A stretch of 64,000 nucleotides of DNA, from contig OX597837.1 in the NCBI GenBank assembly GCA_951406725.2, forward strand, positions 19,034,001 through 19,098,000. The letters are read 5' to 3'. The stretch is from Octopus vulgaris (Eukaryota). The notes under the pieces are model-generated. The model saw only the letters and a list, made by a program, of their open reading frames with translations. It did no database searches and was not told where the DNA came from. The translations under genes were made by a program, and so were the position numbers. Positions 50,901 through 61,904 of this stretch are shown here, piece after piece (positions within the stretch are counted from its first letter, which is position 1; every line of letters begins with the position of its first letter).

Positions 50901-53900
50901 GCCTAGTCACCCGTATAGTTAATTAGGTGATACACGAAGGAGTCATACCCAATGACTGGTGTAGCAGCATAATAGCCAACTGTTACAAAGGTAAAGGTGA
51001 CGCCCTAGATACAAATAATTACAGAGGTATCAAGCTGTTGGATCAGGTAATGAAGGTTACGGAGAGGGTCATAGCCCAACTAATTAGAGAGAGAGTTAGT
51101 TTAGATGAGATGCAGTTAGGGTTCGTGCCAGGGAAAAGCATCACCGATGCTATATTCCTGGTAAGACAGCTGCAGGAGCAATACCTAGCCAAAGATAAGC
51201 CCCTGTACTTGGCTTTTGTTGACATGGAGAAAGCCTTTGACAGGGTCCCCCGATCCCTTATCTAGTGGTCAATGAGGAAACTAGGGATAGATGAATGGTT
51301 AGTGAGAGCTGTGCAAGCCATGTACAGGGACGCCGCTAGTAAGGTGAGGGTTGGCAACGAGTACAGTGAAGAATTTCGGGTAGAGGTAGGGGTCCACCAA
51401 GGCTCAGTCCTCAGCCCTCTCCTATTTATCATAGTCCTCCAGGCAATAACGGAGGAATTCAAAACAGGATGCTCTTGGGAGCTCCTCTATGCTGATGACC
51501 TTGCTCTAATTGTTGAGTCACTATCAGAACTGGAGGAGAAGTTTCAGGTGTGGAAGCAAGGATTAGAATCGAAGGGCCTTAGAGTCAATCTAGCTAAAAC
51601 CAAAGTCCTAATAAGTAGGAAGGTAGACAAATCACAAACGCCTTCAGGTAGATGGCCCTGCTCGATCTATAGAAAAGTTGTAGGTAGAAACTCTATAAGA
51701 TGCACCAAGTGTAAGCTATGGACACATCAGAGGTGCAGCAATGTCAAAGGGAGGCTAACTAGGAAGATAGTTTTTGTATGTGACAGATGCTCAGGAGCAA
51801 TAAACACTGAAAATGCTGAGACCAACTTCTGCCACATTCCAGGGAGAAAAACTAGAAATAGTTGATAGCTTCCGTTACCTAGGTGACCAAGTCAGTAGTG
51901 GGGGGCGGGTGTGCTGAACGTGTAACTGCTAGAGTAAGAATAGCTTGGGCAAAGTTCAGAGAGCTCTTACCTCTGCTGGTGACAAAAGGCTTCTCGCTCA
52001 GAGTAAAAGTCAGACTGTATTTCGCATGTGTACGAACAGCCATGCTACATGGCAGTGAAACATGGGCCGTGACTGCTGAAGATATGCGTAAGCTCGCAAG
52101 AAATGAAGCCAGTAGGCTCCGATGGATGTATAATGTCAGTGTTCATATTCGATAGAGTGTAAGTACCTTGAGAGAAAAGCTGGACCTAAGAAGCATCTGT
52201 TGTGGTGTGCAAGAGAGATGTTTACGCTGGTATGGTCATGTGGCGAGAATGGATGAAGATAGTTGTGTGAAAAAGTGCTACACCCTAGCGGTTGAGGGAA
52301 CCTGTGGAAGAGGCAGACCCAGGAAAACCTGGGACGAGGTGGTGAAGCACAACCTTCGAACTTTAGGTCTAACCGAGGAAATGGCTAGAGACCGAGACCT
52401 TTGGAAGTATGCTGTGCGTGAGAAGACCCGGCAGGACAAGTGAGACCGTAACCCGTGGCCTCTACATGGGATGTAGCCAGTCCACGTATGCATACCTTTC
52501 CTTCTTGGGACACAAAACTCTACTTGTGAAGATCTGTTGAGGCAAGTGAAAATCGAAATCGATCAACATCAATGGAAATTGCAGCTGTGATACCAGTGCC
52601 AGTGGTACATAAGAGAACCATCCGAATGTGGCTGTTGCCAGCACCGCCCTGACTGGCCTCATGCCAGTGGCATGTAAAAAGCACCATCCGATCGTGACTG
52701 TTGCCAGCCTCGCCTGGCCCCGGTGCCGGTGGCACGTAAAAAGCACCATCCGATCGTAGCTGTTTGCCAGCCTCGTCTGGCACCTGTGCCGGTAGCATGT
52801 AAAAGACACTCACGGAGTAGTTGGTGTTAGGAAGGGCATCCAGCCGTAGAAACATTGCCAGATCAGACTGGGCCTGGTGCAGCCTTCTGGCTTCCCAGAC
52901 CCCAGTTGAACCGTCCAACCCATGCTAGCATGGAAAGCAGACACTAAACGATGATGATGATATATATAAGGATCCTTGTGGAAAATAGAAAGAAATTTAG
53001 TAGATGACTGGTTGGCACTCCATCGGTTAAGACAACAAGGGTTCCAGTTAATCCGATCAATGGAACAGCCAGCTTGTGAAATTAACGTGCAAGTGGCTGA
53101 GCACTCCACAGACACGTGTACCCTTAACGTAGTTCTAGGGAAGATTCAGCATGACACAGTGTGACAAGGCAGGCCCTTTGAAATACAGGTACAACAGAAA
53201 TAAGAAGAAAGAGTGAGAAAAAGTTGTGGTGAAAGAGTACAGCAGGGTTTGCCACCATCCCCTGTTGGAGCCTTGTGGAACTTTAGGTGTTTTCGCTCCA
53301 TAAACACTCACAATGTCCAGTCTGGGAATCGAAACTCTGATCCTACAACCACAAGTCCGCTGCCCTAACCACTGGGCCATTGCACTTCCACAGTAGATGA
53401 CTAGTTACTAAATAAAGTATCAGTGAAGTTGTGTGTCAGTGTGTGTGTGTGGAATTCAATTGACTTCAACCCATACCAAATTTATAGCCTCTGAGTGAAT
53501 ATAAAATGAAAGCCTCAACATCATATACTTATTTTGGCAGTTCAGTAAGTTTACAGCAATAATGGTAATTTGTGGGAATTGAATCTGCTGACACCTGCAC
53601 CAATATTTATATCTGCATTAGGGCAGACACTGCAGCTGATAACCTATTTTATGAAGTTGGAGAGAATGAGTATTAATTTTATCATACAGTCCAACCCACA
53701 CCCGCATGGAACCCAGATATTAAATAATGATATTATCATTATTTTCTATTTATTCACTTTCTGCTTACATAGAAAAGCAACCAGCATGACCCTTTTCTGG
53801 ATTTCCAAGGCAACTGGGAGGAAGGGAGGCAGTTATCCTCAAATGGAGGCCAGATATTAATGTTAAAACCGAGTGACAGTTAACTTACTAATAAAGTAAC

Positions 53901-56900
53901 AATTAACCCTTCGTTAGTCACATGGGGTGTGTTGTTGCCTCAAATTCTTTTAAATGCTCATAATTTCTAGTTGGCAACTAATTTTTTTTTCCTCCCTTCC
54001 TCTACTCTTCTGACTCTGAGGGTGTGTTGCAGGTGGTGTGGCACAGTCATGGCTCAGTTGTCAGGTGAGGTAGACATCGTTTTTATCTAGTCACCCCATG
54101 TGACTTATGCAGTTTTTATTTAATATATATTCTAATTGAGATTGCCTGTTATTTTGTTTTCTAACATTGATATTCATCATAGATATTAAAAAATTCCACA
54201 AAATGGTATATTCTGTGGGTATTTTCAAAATAAATGTGATCTGAATATAAGATTTTTTTTAGTTTTTCCTTAATTTTATAATTTATTTTATTGTATTGTT
54301 TTATATTAATATCAATCAGATAGAAGGGTTTCAAACTTCTCAGCAGTGATTGCAGATATATCCTGAACCAACAGAATGAGTATATTTCACATAATACTAA
54401 AACTATAAACATTTTTGTATTGTGGTATGTAAATACCCCATGTGATTAACCATGTTCGGAAAGGCCAGGTGACTACCGAAGGGTTAGCGAAAGTAGAAAT
54501 TAAACCAAAATTCCCAAACCATCATTCTAACAGTATTGGTAGTCTCTGAGCATGGTCTGCCACTTTCACTTAGTGAAAACAGTTTGTTTGGTGACCACAG
54601 AAGAATGTGTTTTTTTGTTTTTGACACTTTGCTGTGACCAGCTTGTTAGTCATTGGGGATATGTTTATGGATGCAGCTGACAAATTTTTTGATTCTTTAT
54701 CAATGAGAGGTGTTTGTATAAGATTCTTCAGAATTTCTTAGCTGTTGTTGCATATTTTTGTGCTGTTATTATTTAGCTCCAATAAGGTGGCGAGCTGGCA
54801 GAATCATTAGCACACCGGGTGAAATGCTCAGCAGTATTTCATCTGTTTTCGTGTTCTGAGTTCAAATGCTGCTGGGGTTGACTTTGCTTTTCATCCTATC
54901 GGGGTCGGTAAAGTAACTACCAGTTGAGCACAGGGGTTGATGTAATCAACTTACTCCCTCCCTGCAAAAATTTCAGGCCTTGTGCCTATAGCAGGAAAGA
55001 TTATTTAGCATCACGCTAGCTATAAACAAGCAGACAGGACTACATTATCTGTCTCCAAGTTCTTTTCGTGTACATGTGTGATCTAAGTGAGGTGAGGTCT
55101 GCTTCTTGGTGTAGTCCTAAATTAACAATCTAAAATTGATAGCTATTCAATCTAAATTTGAATTTACCCTTGATCAGAAATGTTGAGAACAAACTAAATG
55201 ATTAATTAAGAGTTTCGTTTATTTTGACGATAGTTTGTATCAAGTCACAAATTTAGTTGGGCCTTCCATGATGATCAAACAGATACCAGCTTAAGTTCGA
55301 GACAGTGGAAAGTGCTAAGTTCTCAAATTATTGCCTATTACTGATATCTCCATAGGAGTCCCAGACAAATGGGGTGAAACACTAAAATAAAAGAGAGTTG
55401 GGACTGGATTTAGGAATTACAATAGAGTGGGATAGAATTATTGGTACTACTTTAGTGTGCAGTCTACACTATGGAATGACCTAATCTAGGCTAGTGGGTT
55501 AGGATTTAAGCATTATGGTTAGATTACATACTAAGTGTAAATGGCCAGGTAGGCCACATGCTAAAGTGGGATACAATTATCATATGCTTTTCTCTTAGAT
55601 GTGGTTCAGCCCAATCCAAAGTGCCAGACTTCAGTAGCATAACAGTTCTGAAACTATAACTTCACAGTCACTATTTCTGAATACACACACAGAGTTTAGT
55701 AGTCTATCTACAGATAAGTATATGGTTAAACATTATATATGTAAAATAGCACAGCTTGGAAGTGTATATCATAACAGAAGAAAGCATTTTATCCATCTTT
55801 ATGTTCTGAGTTCAAAATTCACTGAGGTCGACTTCACCTTTCATCCTTTCGGGGTCAATAAGATAGATACCAACTGAGCACTGGGGCCGATGTAATACTG
55901 ACTATCTGTCTTCCTTAAAATTTCAGGCTCTGTGCTTGCTATGGTGTTTGTCTGAGGTTATGCACTTAAAAAAATGCGGAAAGGAGTAAGAGTGGTGCAT
56001 GTTTGACACCTTTGCTGATTTCATCATCATCATTTAATGTCTGTTGTTCATTCTGGCATGGGTTGGAGACAGCTTGACCAGAGCTGGCAAGCTGTGGAGC
56101 TACACCAGGCTCCAGTCCTATTTGGCATGTTTTCAACTCCTTACTGCACAGCCACACCTCTCTCTATATGTATATTCTTTTACTTGTTTCAGTCATTTGA
56201 CTGCAGCCATGCATGATCTCATGGTCAAATAAATCGACCTCAGGACTTATTCTTTGTAAACATAGTACTTATTTTATAGGTCTCTTTTGCTGAACTGATA
56301 AGTTATGGGAGGCGTAAACACACCAGTTGTCAAGCAATGGTGGTGGTGGGAGGGACAAACACAATGGGCTTCTTGCAGTTTCCATCTACCAAATTCACTC
56401 ACAAGGCTTTTGTTGACCCAAGGCTATAGTAGAAGACACTGCCTAAGGTGCCATGCAGTGAGACTGAACCTGAAACCATGTGGTTGGGAAGCAAGCTTCT
56501 TATCACACAGCCACACCTATATGTAATTATTTTGAAGATCTTACACAAAAATTTCACAAGTCAACAAGGAAGTTTTTATGTATTCACCTGTCTTGCTAGA
56601 AATAGCAGCCAAATCTTCCTTCAAAGCAGACCCTACCATCTTAAAAAATATTGGTTTCACATTTTGGAACAAGGTCAGCAATTTTGAGGGAGGGGTTATG
56701 TCAATTATAGCGATCCCTGTATTCAACTGATACTTATTTCATCGGCCCTGAAAGGATGAAGGGCTAAGTCGACCTCAGCAGAATTTGAACTCAGAATGTA
56801 AAGATGGACAAAATGCTGCTAAGCATTTTTACCAGCGTGCTAACAGTTCCGCTGGTTCACTGCCTTAACCTTCTTAAAAGGTATTCTTGAAAATATAATA

Positions 56901-57940
56901 GAATAATAGGTCCTAGAGCGACCACACTCAAGAACTCCCCAAACCCTCAAACAAACAGAATAGTTACAACTACAATTGCAGTCCTGTTGGATGGGGACTA
57001 ACCGGGAGCTCCTTTCTGGGAGACAAGGACTAGAAATATGAAACCAGAACTGCTTTCTTGTACTGTTTAAGTTTTCTTTCCAGCTGGTAATTACACTCGT
57101 TTGCATGATCTCATGTGTATGAGTTTATATAGGTGTGTATATGTGTGAGCAAATTTACAAACAAGGGAAAAGTAATTAATATCTAGGAAGAGATTAATTA
57201 TCTAGTATAGTGCTGACATTTTTGTTTGTCTCACATAAAGATGTGTTTGTTTGTGTGTATGTATGTATATATAATATATATATTGTGTGTGTGTGTATAT
57301 ATACACACACACATACATACATACACAATCGTTATATTACGAGTTTGTGGGGAGAAAGTATTTCAAAAACTGAAAGTATTTGTTCGGTATTTCAGTAAAA
57401 ATATTTAATTAATTTTTTTTTAATCGCTTACGTTCAAGTATTTTTTGTGTGTATGCGTTTATATGTGTATATGCATGTACATTTGTGTATATAAGTATAT
57501 AATACATAAACATAAGCGATTCAGCTGAAAAAAAATAATTAAAGAAATAAAATTGTTTTTACAGAAATTGAGAGCAATACTTTCAGCTTTTATATACTTA
57601 TTCCGAAAGATCGTCATGTATTTGAATAATACGTTAGCTAATTCATTTCCGTTGATGTTGCTAATCTTTAAAAACAACTATTTTAGCTAAACATTGTTCA
57701 GGAATGTTTCCCCATTTCTGTGTACGGATTTATAGTCCCGATTAATTAAAAGTTTTATCACGCTTATCGTCACATTAATTATCCCATTTGTTGTTTAGCG
57801 AGCTTGCTTCTTTCTCTATGAGTGGGTGTACATAGCTGTATGGATATATGTTGATGCGTGTATATGTGATTCAGTCGTTGACACAATTTTCAATTTACGC
57901 AGCAAACATAAGAAATTTGTAAATCCTAGTTAAGTGGATC

Positions 57941-57978
<38 letters not shown>

Positions 57979-58074
57979 AAGAGAGAGAGAGGGAAGAAAG
58001 AGAGAGAGAGAGAAGAGACTTACCTTCAAAGAAAGAAAGTAACCCTTTAAAGCTTCTTCGTAATTTGATCCCAT
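10380..58074 (-). CDS. TSG101: TSG101/Vps23 (ESCRT-I subunit), whole gene: join of 11 coding exons, 445 aa
   Basis: Manually spliced exons give UEV domain (YKYPD..GTIPVTY..YNIPICVWLLDTHP..VKPT..GRHVD.NGKI.LP..PQSDL..FGEEPPVFS), Pro/Tyr-rich linker, coiled coil and SB box (EQAIEDTIYYLGEALRR..IDLDIFLK QVRELSRHQFMLRA). All introns GT-AG; phases compatible; total 1338 nt. Confidence 0.95.
13312..13414 (-). CDS. TSG101: TSG101 exon 10 (LLNAFAKEQAIEDTIYYLGEALRRSVIDLDIFLK)
   Basis: 103 nt, TTTCAG / GTAAGT; SB (steadiness) box. Confidence 0.96.
15800..15933 (-). CDS. TSG101: TSG101 exon 9 (DEVEKNISILKEKNAEL...IDEAVVTTTPLYRQ)
   Basis: 134 nt inside ORF 15790..15981; TTTCAG / GTATGT. Confidence 0.95.
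16418..16810 (+). mobile_element. tRNA-derived SINE family A (other copies ~3943-4315, 6169-7130 split, 12293-12440, 22830-22980 -, 31760-32075, 40270-40540, 46040-46420 -, 56165-56518 -)
   Basis: A/B-box-like head gtggctgtgtggtaag..ggttcagtccc, core ccttgggcaagtg..ggaaactgaaagaagccc, internal (TG/TA)n. Confidence 0.85.
16889..16981 (-). CDS. TSG101: TSG101 exon 8 (AEMDTLYKTQNDLQKGRECLEKMMKSLEQEK)
   Basis: 93 nt, CTTTCAG / GTTTGT; coiled coil, aligns with AELNALKRTEEDLKKGHQKLEEM. Confidence 0.92.
17058..19005 (+). mobile_element. mariner (Mos1/SETMAR-like) transposon relic, left TIR interrupted by piggyBac derivative
   Basis: TA|ttgggtcatccc TIR at 17056; MEVTKEHI.HILFYEF, TVEELAEKLGFGHSTI, WVPHKLSE, KVLLSVWWD, FHQDDAQPHT; internal deletions and stops. 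Confidence 0.92.
17075..18149 (+). mobile_element. piggyBac-family internal-deletion derivative (PGBD-like N-terminus)
   Basis: TTAA TSDs at 17071-17074 and 18150-18153; TIRs ccctttcattacca / tagtaacgaaaggg; acidic N-terminus, LDYFFLLF...ETNRYA...TTLNEIK...IIMGIRKLP. Confidence 0.9.
19815..20010 (+). repeat. Old interspersed repeat (retroposon-like 3' end); copies ~14440-14610, 20760-20950, 21675-21860, 30835-31015, 49715-50108, 56570-56650
   Basis: Recurrent agaaatagcagccaaatctccctcaaatcacac...ggaatgcctttgatcataggtctgct...ggctaaacaacaac. Confidence 0.7.
21020..21147 (-). CDS. TSG101: TSG101 exon 7 (THLTQTVSGTSTVTEEHIKASLISAVEETLKRRLKETFAQAQ)
   Basis: 128 nt; aligns with human TISEDTIRASLISAVSDKLRWRMKEEMDRAQ; weak GTCTGC donor. 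Confidence 0.93.
21195..21570. repeat. AT-rich ~35-bp minisatellite interrupted by a MITE
   Basis: Units ggttaaatattcataaattaacactgaataaacat at 21463, ~21498, ~21534, with diverged units at 21195-21270. Confidence 0.7.
21273..21464. mobile_element. TTAA MITE with TIRs related to the 17075-18149 piggyBac element
   Basis: TTAA at 21269 and 21465; acttttgttacca / tggtatcaaacagg. Confidence 0.6.
23821..24063 (-). CDS. TSG101: TSG101 exon 6, proline/tyrosine-rich region (PYMPSPATSSSIPPYPLPY...TTS)
   Basis: 243 nt within ORF 23729..24271; TTTCAG / GTAATT; phase 1-1 fits neighbours. Confidence 0.88.
25139..25319 (-). CDS. TSG101: TSG101 exon 5 (PQSDLYGLLNRLAEKFGEEPPVFSK...PYPTRQ)
   Basis: 181 nt, TTTCTAG / GTAAGC; end of UEV and start of proline-rich region. 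Confidence 0.95.
26592..26755 (-). CDS. TSG101: TSG101 exon 4 (NRYNIPICVWLLDTHP...NGKINLPFLLQWKY)
   Basis: 164 nt, polypyrimidine+CAG / GTAAGT; UEV core. Confidence 0.96.
27536..27625. repeat. 38-bp near-perfect hairpin, 14-nt loop
   Basis: tatttatattaagggtattactatacataaatgcctca / tgaggcatttatgtagagtaatgcccttaatataaata; 2 differences. Confidence 0.92.
27741..29413 (+). mobile_element. RTE LINE 3' fragment with expanded 3'-UTR tandem array
   Basis: ORF 27924..28478 matches 51883-52443 peptides; same 3' end and (GAT)n tail. Confidence 0.93.
28525..29235 (+). repeat. GC-rich minisatellite, ~12 units of 48-63 bp alternating two unit types, in RTE 3' UTR
   Basis: TAAAAGCACC-type motif at 28579, 28641, 28701, 28764, 28825, 28886, 28947, 28998, 29059, 29107, 29167, 29229. 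Confidence 0.95.
29430..30552 (-). mobile_element. Helitron-like non-autonomous element (with nested SINE fragment ~30299-30420)
   Basis: Minus strand begins A|TCtgttatataaaag and ends in degenerate GC hairpin + CTAG|T. Confidence 0.45.
30685..30750 (-). CDS. TSG101: TSG101 exon 3 (VFNNGVEKELVKLDGTIPVTYR)
   Basis: 66 nt, TTTTCAG / GTAGGT; aligns with human VFNDGSSRELMNLTGTIPVPYR. Confidence 0.95.
32910..34150 (-). mobile_element. Degenerate Penelope-like retroelement 3' part (GIY-YIG endonuclease relic + decayed hammerhead)
   Basis: Frameshifted pieces of ORFs 33359..33883 and 33376..33654 give YCIVCKLCNA-FYIGETG...QPVTTHFS...RKENEQSFVFGLG (GIY-YIG signature); downstream GTG..CAT-GAAAC-tctca-GTC at 32943-32976; ends at (TA)n. 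Confidence 0.7.
34681..35664. mobile_element. Tigger/pogo-like non-autonomous DNA element
   Basis: TA-cagtaatgcctcgatatgcaag ... cttgtaaagtgaggtgttactg-TA imperfect TIRs with TA TSD. Confidence 0.7.
35130..35595 (-). mobile_element. RTE 3'-tail copy nested in Tigger-like element
   Basis: Reverse complement of the shared RTE 3' UTR; further partial tails at ~10855-11060, 14930-15205, 26845-27180, 38700-38833, 43685-43870. Confidence 0.85.
35770..37885 (+). mobile_element. hAT Buster/Charlie (ZBED5/ZBED8/SCAND3-like) transposon relic
   Basis: RKWLGEYIQYGF..PQCMICNVKLSN..KLREHF..H zinc finger; ASYEV..LIAKQGKPHTIGETLVKP; right TIR ggttgagaaccactg; multiple frameshifts; left TIR not clear. Confidence 0.88.
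38249..38333 (-). CDS. TSG101: TSG101 exon 2 (YKYPDITKPDILRAIGVYTDLQPARDKF)
   Basis: 85 nt, TTTTCAG acceptor, GTGAGT donor; aligns with human YKYRDLTVRETVNVITLYKDLKPVLDSY. Confidence 0.92.
40546..41588 (+). mobile_element. RTE LINE 3' fragment nested in the tail of a tRNA-SINE
   Basis: ORFs 40660..40935 and 40814..41122; same 3' UTR; SINE tail sequence resumes (gtgccccagcatggcc) after the (GAT)n. Confidence 0.92.
45051..45090 (+). ncRNA. Degenerate minimal hammerhead motif
   Basis: CTGACAA-GTG-ctgta-CAC-GAAAC-TTGA-GTC followed by AATAAA; core G8 and loop TCGA appear to be CpG transitions. Confidence 0.5.
47592..49644. repeat. Long inverted repeat: arms 47592-48086 and 49140-49644, ~1.05-kb spacer
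   Basis: Arms are reverse complements, e.g. gggcggacctggcgcacagt / actgtgcgccaggtccgccc and tttgcgcatgcgtagatttatagtgaaac / gtttcactataaatctacgcatgcgcaaa. Confidence 0.93.
50480..52960 (+). mobile_element. RTE-clade LINE, 5'-truncated, degenerate ORF2 (reverse transcriptase) with 3' UTR and (GAT)n tail
   Basis: GKAPGPSGI, NYRGIKLL, AFVDMEKAFDRVP, GVHQGSVLSPLLF, LLYADD (51488), GSETW, RLRWYGHV, RGRPRKTW; in-frame stops and frameshifts. Confidence 0.95.
53907..54483. mobile_element. piggyBac-type non-autonomous element
   Basis: TTAA-cccttcgttagtca ... tgactaccgaaggg-TTAG; internal ccccatgtga(c/t)t subterminal repeats. Confidence 0.7.
57945..58018. repeat. (GA)n microsatellite adjoining the exon 1 donor; other long (TA)n at 24103-24250, 32860-32909, 44892-44932, 61480-61517, 62889-62940
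   Basis: Direct inspection. Confidence 0.95.
58024..58074 (-). CDS. TSG101: TSG101 coding exon 1 (MGSNYEEALKGYFLSLK)
   Basis: ATG in AAGATGG context, 51 nt, phase 0, strong AG|GTAAGT donor; joins exon 2 in frame. Best candidate found upstream of exon 2, but short and weakly conserved. Confidence 0.75.
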
Positions 58075-58160
58075 CTTGATGGCCTGAGAGGAGGAAGAAG
58101 GAGGAAACATGTGGCTGTGTGTCACTTGATGGCGAACAGCTTTTTTCAGCACTGCCCTCT
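58075..58160 (-). promoter_or_regulatory. Probable TSG101 5' UTR / proximal promoter
   Basis: Pyrimidine-rich leader immediately upstream of the ATG; CpGs are retained from ~57300 onward; TSS not determinable. Confidence 0.4.
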
Positions 58161-60276
58161 GGTTTTAATCCCTTGCAACATAGAAGAGCAGTAGAAATAA
58201 TAATAATGATTATAATAATAAATAATAATAATTTTTCGTACTATAAACACAAAATTTTTGGAGGAGGTAGGGCAGTGAATTACATCGACCCCAGTGCTCG
58301 GTTCATACTTATTTTATCGACCCTGCCGAAATTTGAACTCAAAACGTTAAGACAGACGAAATGCAGTTACGCCTTTTGTGCGAATAATAATAACGGTTTA
58401 AAATTTTAGCACAAGGATAGCAATTTTTAAGAGAAAGGGTTAAGTCAATTACAATCGAATACAGTACTCAACTGGTACCTATTTTATCGACCCCGAGAGG
58501 ATAGAAGGCAAAATTAATTTCTTTTAGTAGCCACATAGGACAAAATAGATGGGAGTCAGTGCAAAGGGGATTGGTAAAAAATAAAATAACATAGGGATTT
58601 ACATGGAGTAAATGGGGGTGGGTCCAACAAAGGCATTAATAAACATAACAGTATAAAAGAAATTAAGAGGAAAACCGTTCTCTGATTAAGGGGCTGCACC
58701 TATACAACTCCAGACTATGCTGAACTAACAAAACAAAACAAAAAACCGTCAATGCCTTCTCCCACTTTTTGCTGCTAGCCTTACTTACAGCCATAATAAT
58801 AATTTCTAAAATGCATAAAATATAGAAATTACGATAAATATAAATTTTATATCACTTGTTCCTGTGTACTATATATAATATAGCAGGATATTAAGTAGAA
58901 AGAACACACACATATATAATTATATATAAGCAAAAAATGTCTAGACTTGCGTAAGACGGGGTTGGGAGCGGGAAAGTCGATTAGATCGATGCCAGTGCTT
59001 GGTGGTACATCATATTAACCCTAAAAGGATGATAGGTAAAGATGACCATAGTGGGGTCAGAACAAAAACAAGGTTTTTGTTTGACATTCTAACGATTCAA
59101 CAATGTTTTCTCATATAAGGCAAGTCTCATACACTGGCTTGAAAATTTCCTGAAATTTAAGAAAATGTTTGAGTAGATTGAAGCTAAACATTCACAGAAA
59201 GGAAGGCAGCCTCCTTCACCGAAATCTGAACACCTTGATAGAACTGATTAAATTCACCGTCGTTCTTAACTGGTAGTTTATTTTACCAACTACTCTGGGA
59301 TTCGAACTCATATGTAAAGGAACTAAATTCCGAAAGGCACTTAATTCGTCACTCCACCGTTGGTAGAAATGATGATAATTTTTAACAAGCTCTGGATTGG
59401 GAAAGTTTTGAGAGAGAGTAAGACAATATCGAATCCATCTGATAGCACTCCATTGATTTCGATAGGATAAAAGACAAAGTCGACCCAAAAAGACTTAACT
59501 CAGAAAGTAGAAAGCTGTAACTAAATATGAAGAAGTGTTTGCGTCTGTCTTTCTCTACCGAATCGGTTAATCCAGCCATCCATTCTCAGCTAAAAATAAT
59601 CCGGGCAAACGAAATAAAAGGGCGATACACGGTAGAAAGATAGAAGAGATATGGAATAAACAAGGCGAATATGTTACAAGAAAACTGCTTTGGAATATAA
59701 TAATACAATAATGAAATAATATACTGAGAGGGTAATTAATTAGGATACTAGAGAAAAAAGTGCAAAAATCTAAAAACCAACTGTTCAAAGAAACAATATG
59801 GAAGGAAGAGGTGTAGAGAATTAATTAAAATGGATTATTTAGTTTGCAACAACTGAATGTGTTTTCGAAGGAGGGATGGGAGTCTGAGAAGACATTACAA
59901 TCACACACCCTTCCTTTTTGAACATTTTTCTTATATTTGTTTATTTCTAGGGTGGATCTAAATTGTTACGTGCTGTATAAACAAATGTAATAGGAGAGGG
60001 TAGGGAGTACCTCTTAATCGCACCCTCTTAATTATTTCGACAAAAAAAAAATTAATTCTCTTTGTCTAACGATGTTTACACTCTTTCATAAGTGTAAAAC
60101 ATAAAATAATAATTAAAAAACAACAACGGAAGAAGGGCCGCAGAAAAATGCAGTGGAGGTTATTCGTTCGTTAGGAATTTCGATCACAAGCAGTGACTCC
60201 AAAGAAGCAGTCTTCGGTGACGCGAAGTCATAAATAACAACAGTGATTAGACTGTATTTTCCCGTTTAGTAATGAG

Positions 60277-60321
60277 TACACACATACATACATATATATA
60301 TATACACATACACACACACAG

Positions 60322-60366
<45 letters not shown>

Positions 60367-60389
60367 CACACACACATATATATATATAT

Positions 60390-60440
<51 letters not shown>

Positions 60441-60543
60441 TATATATATATATACACACACACATATATATATATATACACACACACACATATATATACA
60501 CACACACACACACATATATATATATACACACACACATATATAT

Positions 60544-60576
<33 letters not shown>

Positions 60577-60708
60577 CACACACACATATATATACACACA
60601 CACATATATATATATACACACATATATATATACACACACATATATATATACACACACACATATATATATATATAAATATATATATATGTATGTAAGTATA
60701 TATATATG
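60277..60708. repeat. Compound (TA)n(CA)m microsatellite array
   Basis: Alternating TA and CA blocks over ~430 bp. Confidence 0.97.
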
Positions 60709-61476
60709 GGGTATGTCGTCAGCTATACAAGGTAAAGATAACTGATTGTAGATTATGACAATTGGATGGCTATTGATAGAAAAACAACCTGGTGAGACTT
60801 TTTAGTGAGTGGACAGAGGAAAGGATAAAAGAAAGGAAATTCATTACGTAACACAAATGTGTATGTGTATTATATATATAAATATATATCTATGTAGTGT
60901 TGAGTGTGTGGGATATGGTTTAGGTATGAAATCAATGAGAAACTACATGGCATGGTTATAATAAACGAATCATAATAAATATGTTATACATTACTTTTAA
61001 AAATAGACTGTGGTAAACGGCTGCTGTGGATATTAATTGTATGTGGCTGTGTAATATCTATATGTACATTCACAGGTATATATATATATATGTGTGTGTA
61101 TATATAGTAGTATAGATTTTGTTAAAAGATAAACGGTGTGACGTTGTTGAACGAGAAAAACAGAAAGTGAAGATCACTTGCTTGGCTGATTCACGCCATC
61201 TTAGTTGGCGTTTATCAGATGACGTCAGAGATCAAGGGGGAGATAAATGACATTCGCTTCGTTAATTATCCGTCGAGATAAGAACTTTGGGACAAATTGG
61301 TTAACAGTTGGAATTCAACTTGGGACTGGAACAATAGGAATAATTGCATTACAGAATTAATTCTCATCCGTCCTTAATCTCTGATCAAACACCACCGGGC
61401 CATACAGTCATTATAGACGTATTATAGTCATGCTATTTAGGTTTAGTTAATTTTATACATAAGCTACATTCACACA

Positions 61477-61520
<44 letters not shown>

Positions 61521-61904
61521 AAAACAGAAAACATAATAAAATAAAATACACAGTTAAATAAACAAATGGAAGTAAATAACTATATACATTTAAAAAAAAA
61601 ATTATTTTTATATTTTTATTATTATTGTTGTTATACATACATGCATAATAATAATAATGCTTTCTATTATAGGCACAAGGCCTGAAATTTTCGGGGATGG
61701 GGTAAGTCGATTACATTGACCCCAGTGCGTAACTGGTACTTATCTAATCGAAAGGATAAACAGCAAAGTCGACCTCGGCGAAATTTGAACACAGAATGTA
61801 ACGGCAGACGAAATATCACTAAGTATTTTGCCCGGCATGTTAACGATTCTGCCAGCCCACCGCTCTAATAATGATGATGATGATAATAATAATTATAATA
61901 ATAA

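Noticed and set aside
60228-60745. 130-157 aa ORFs (CVYIY/THTHI repeats); likewise 23959-24313
   Set aside because: Microsatellite translation artefacts
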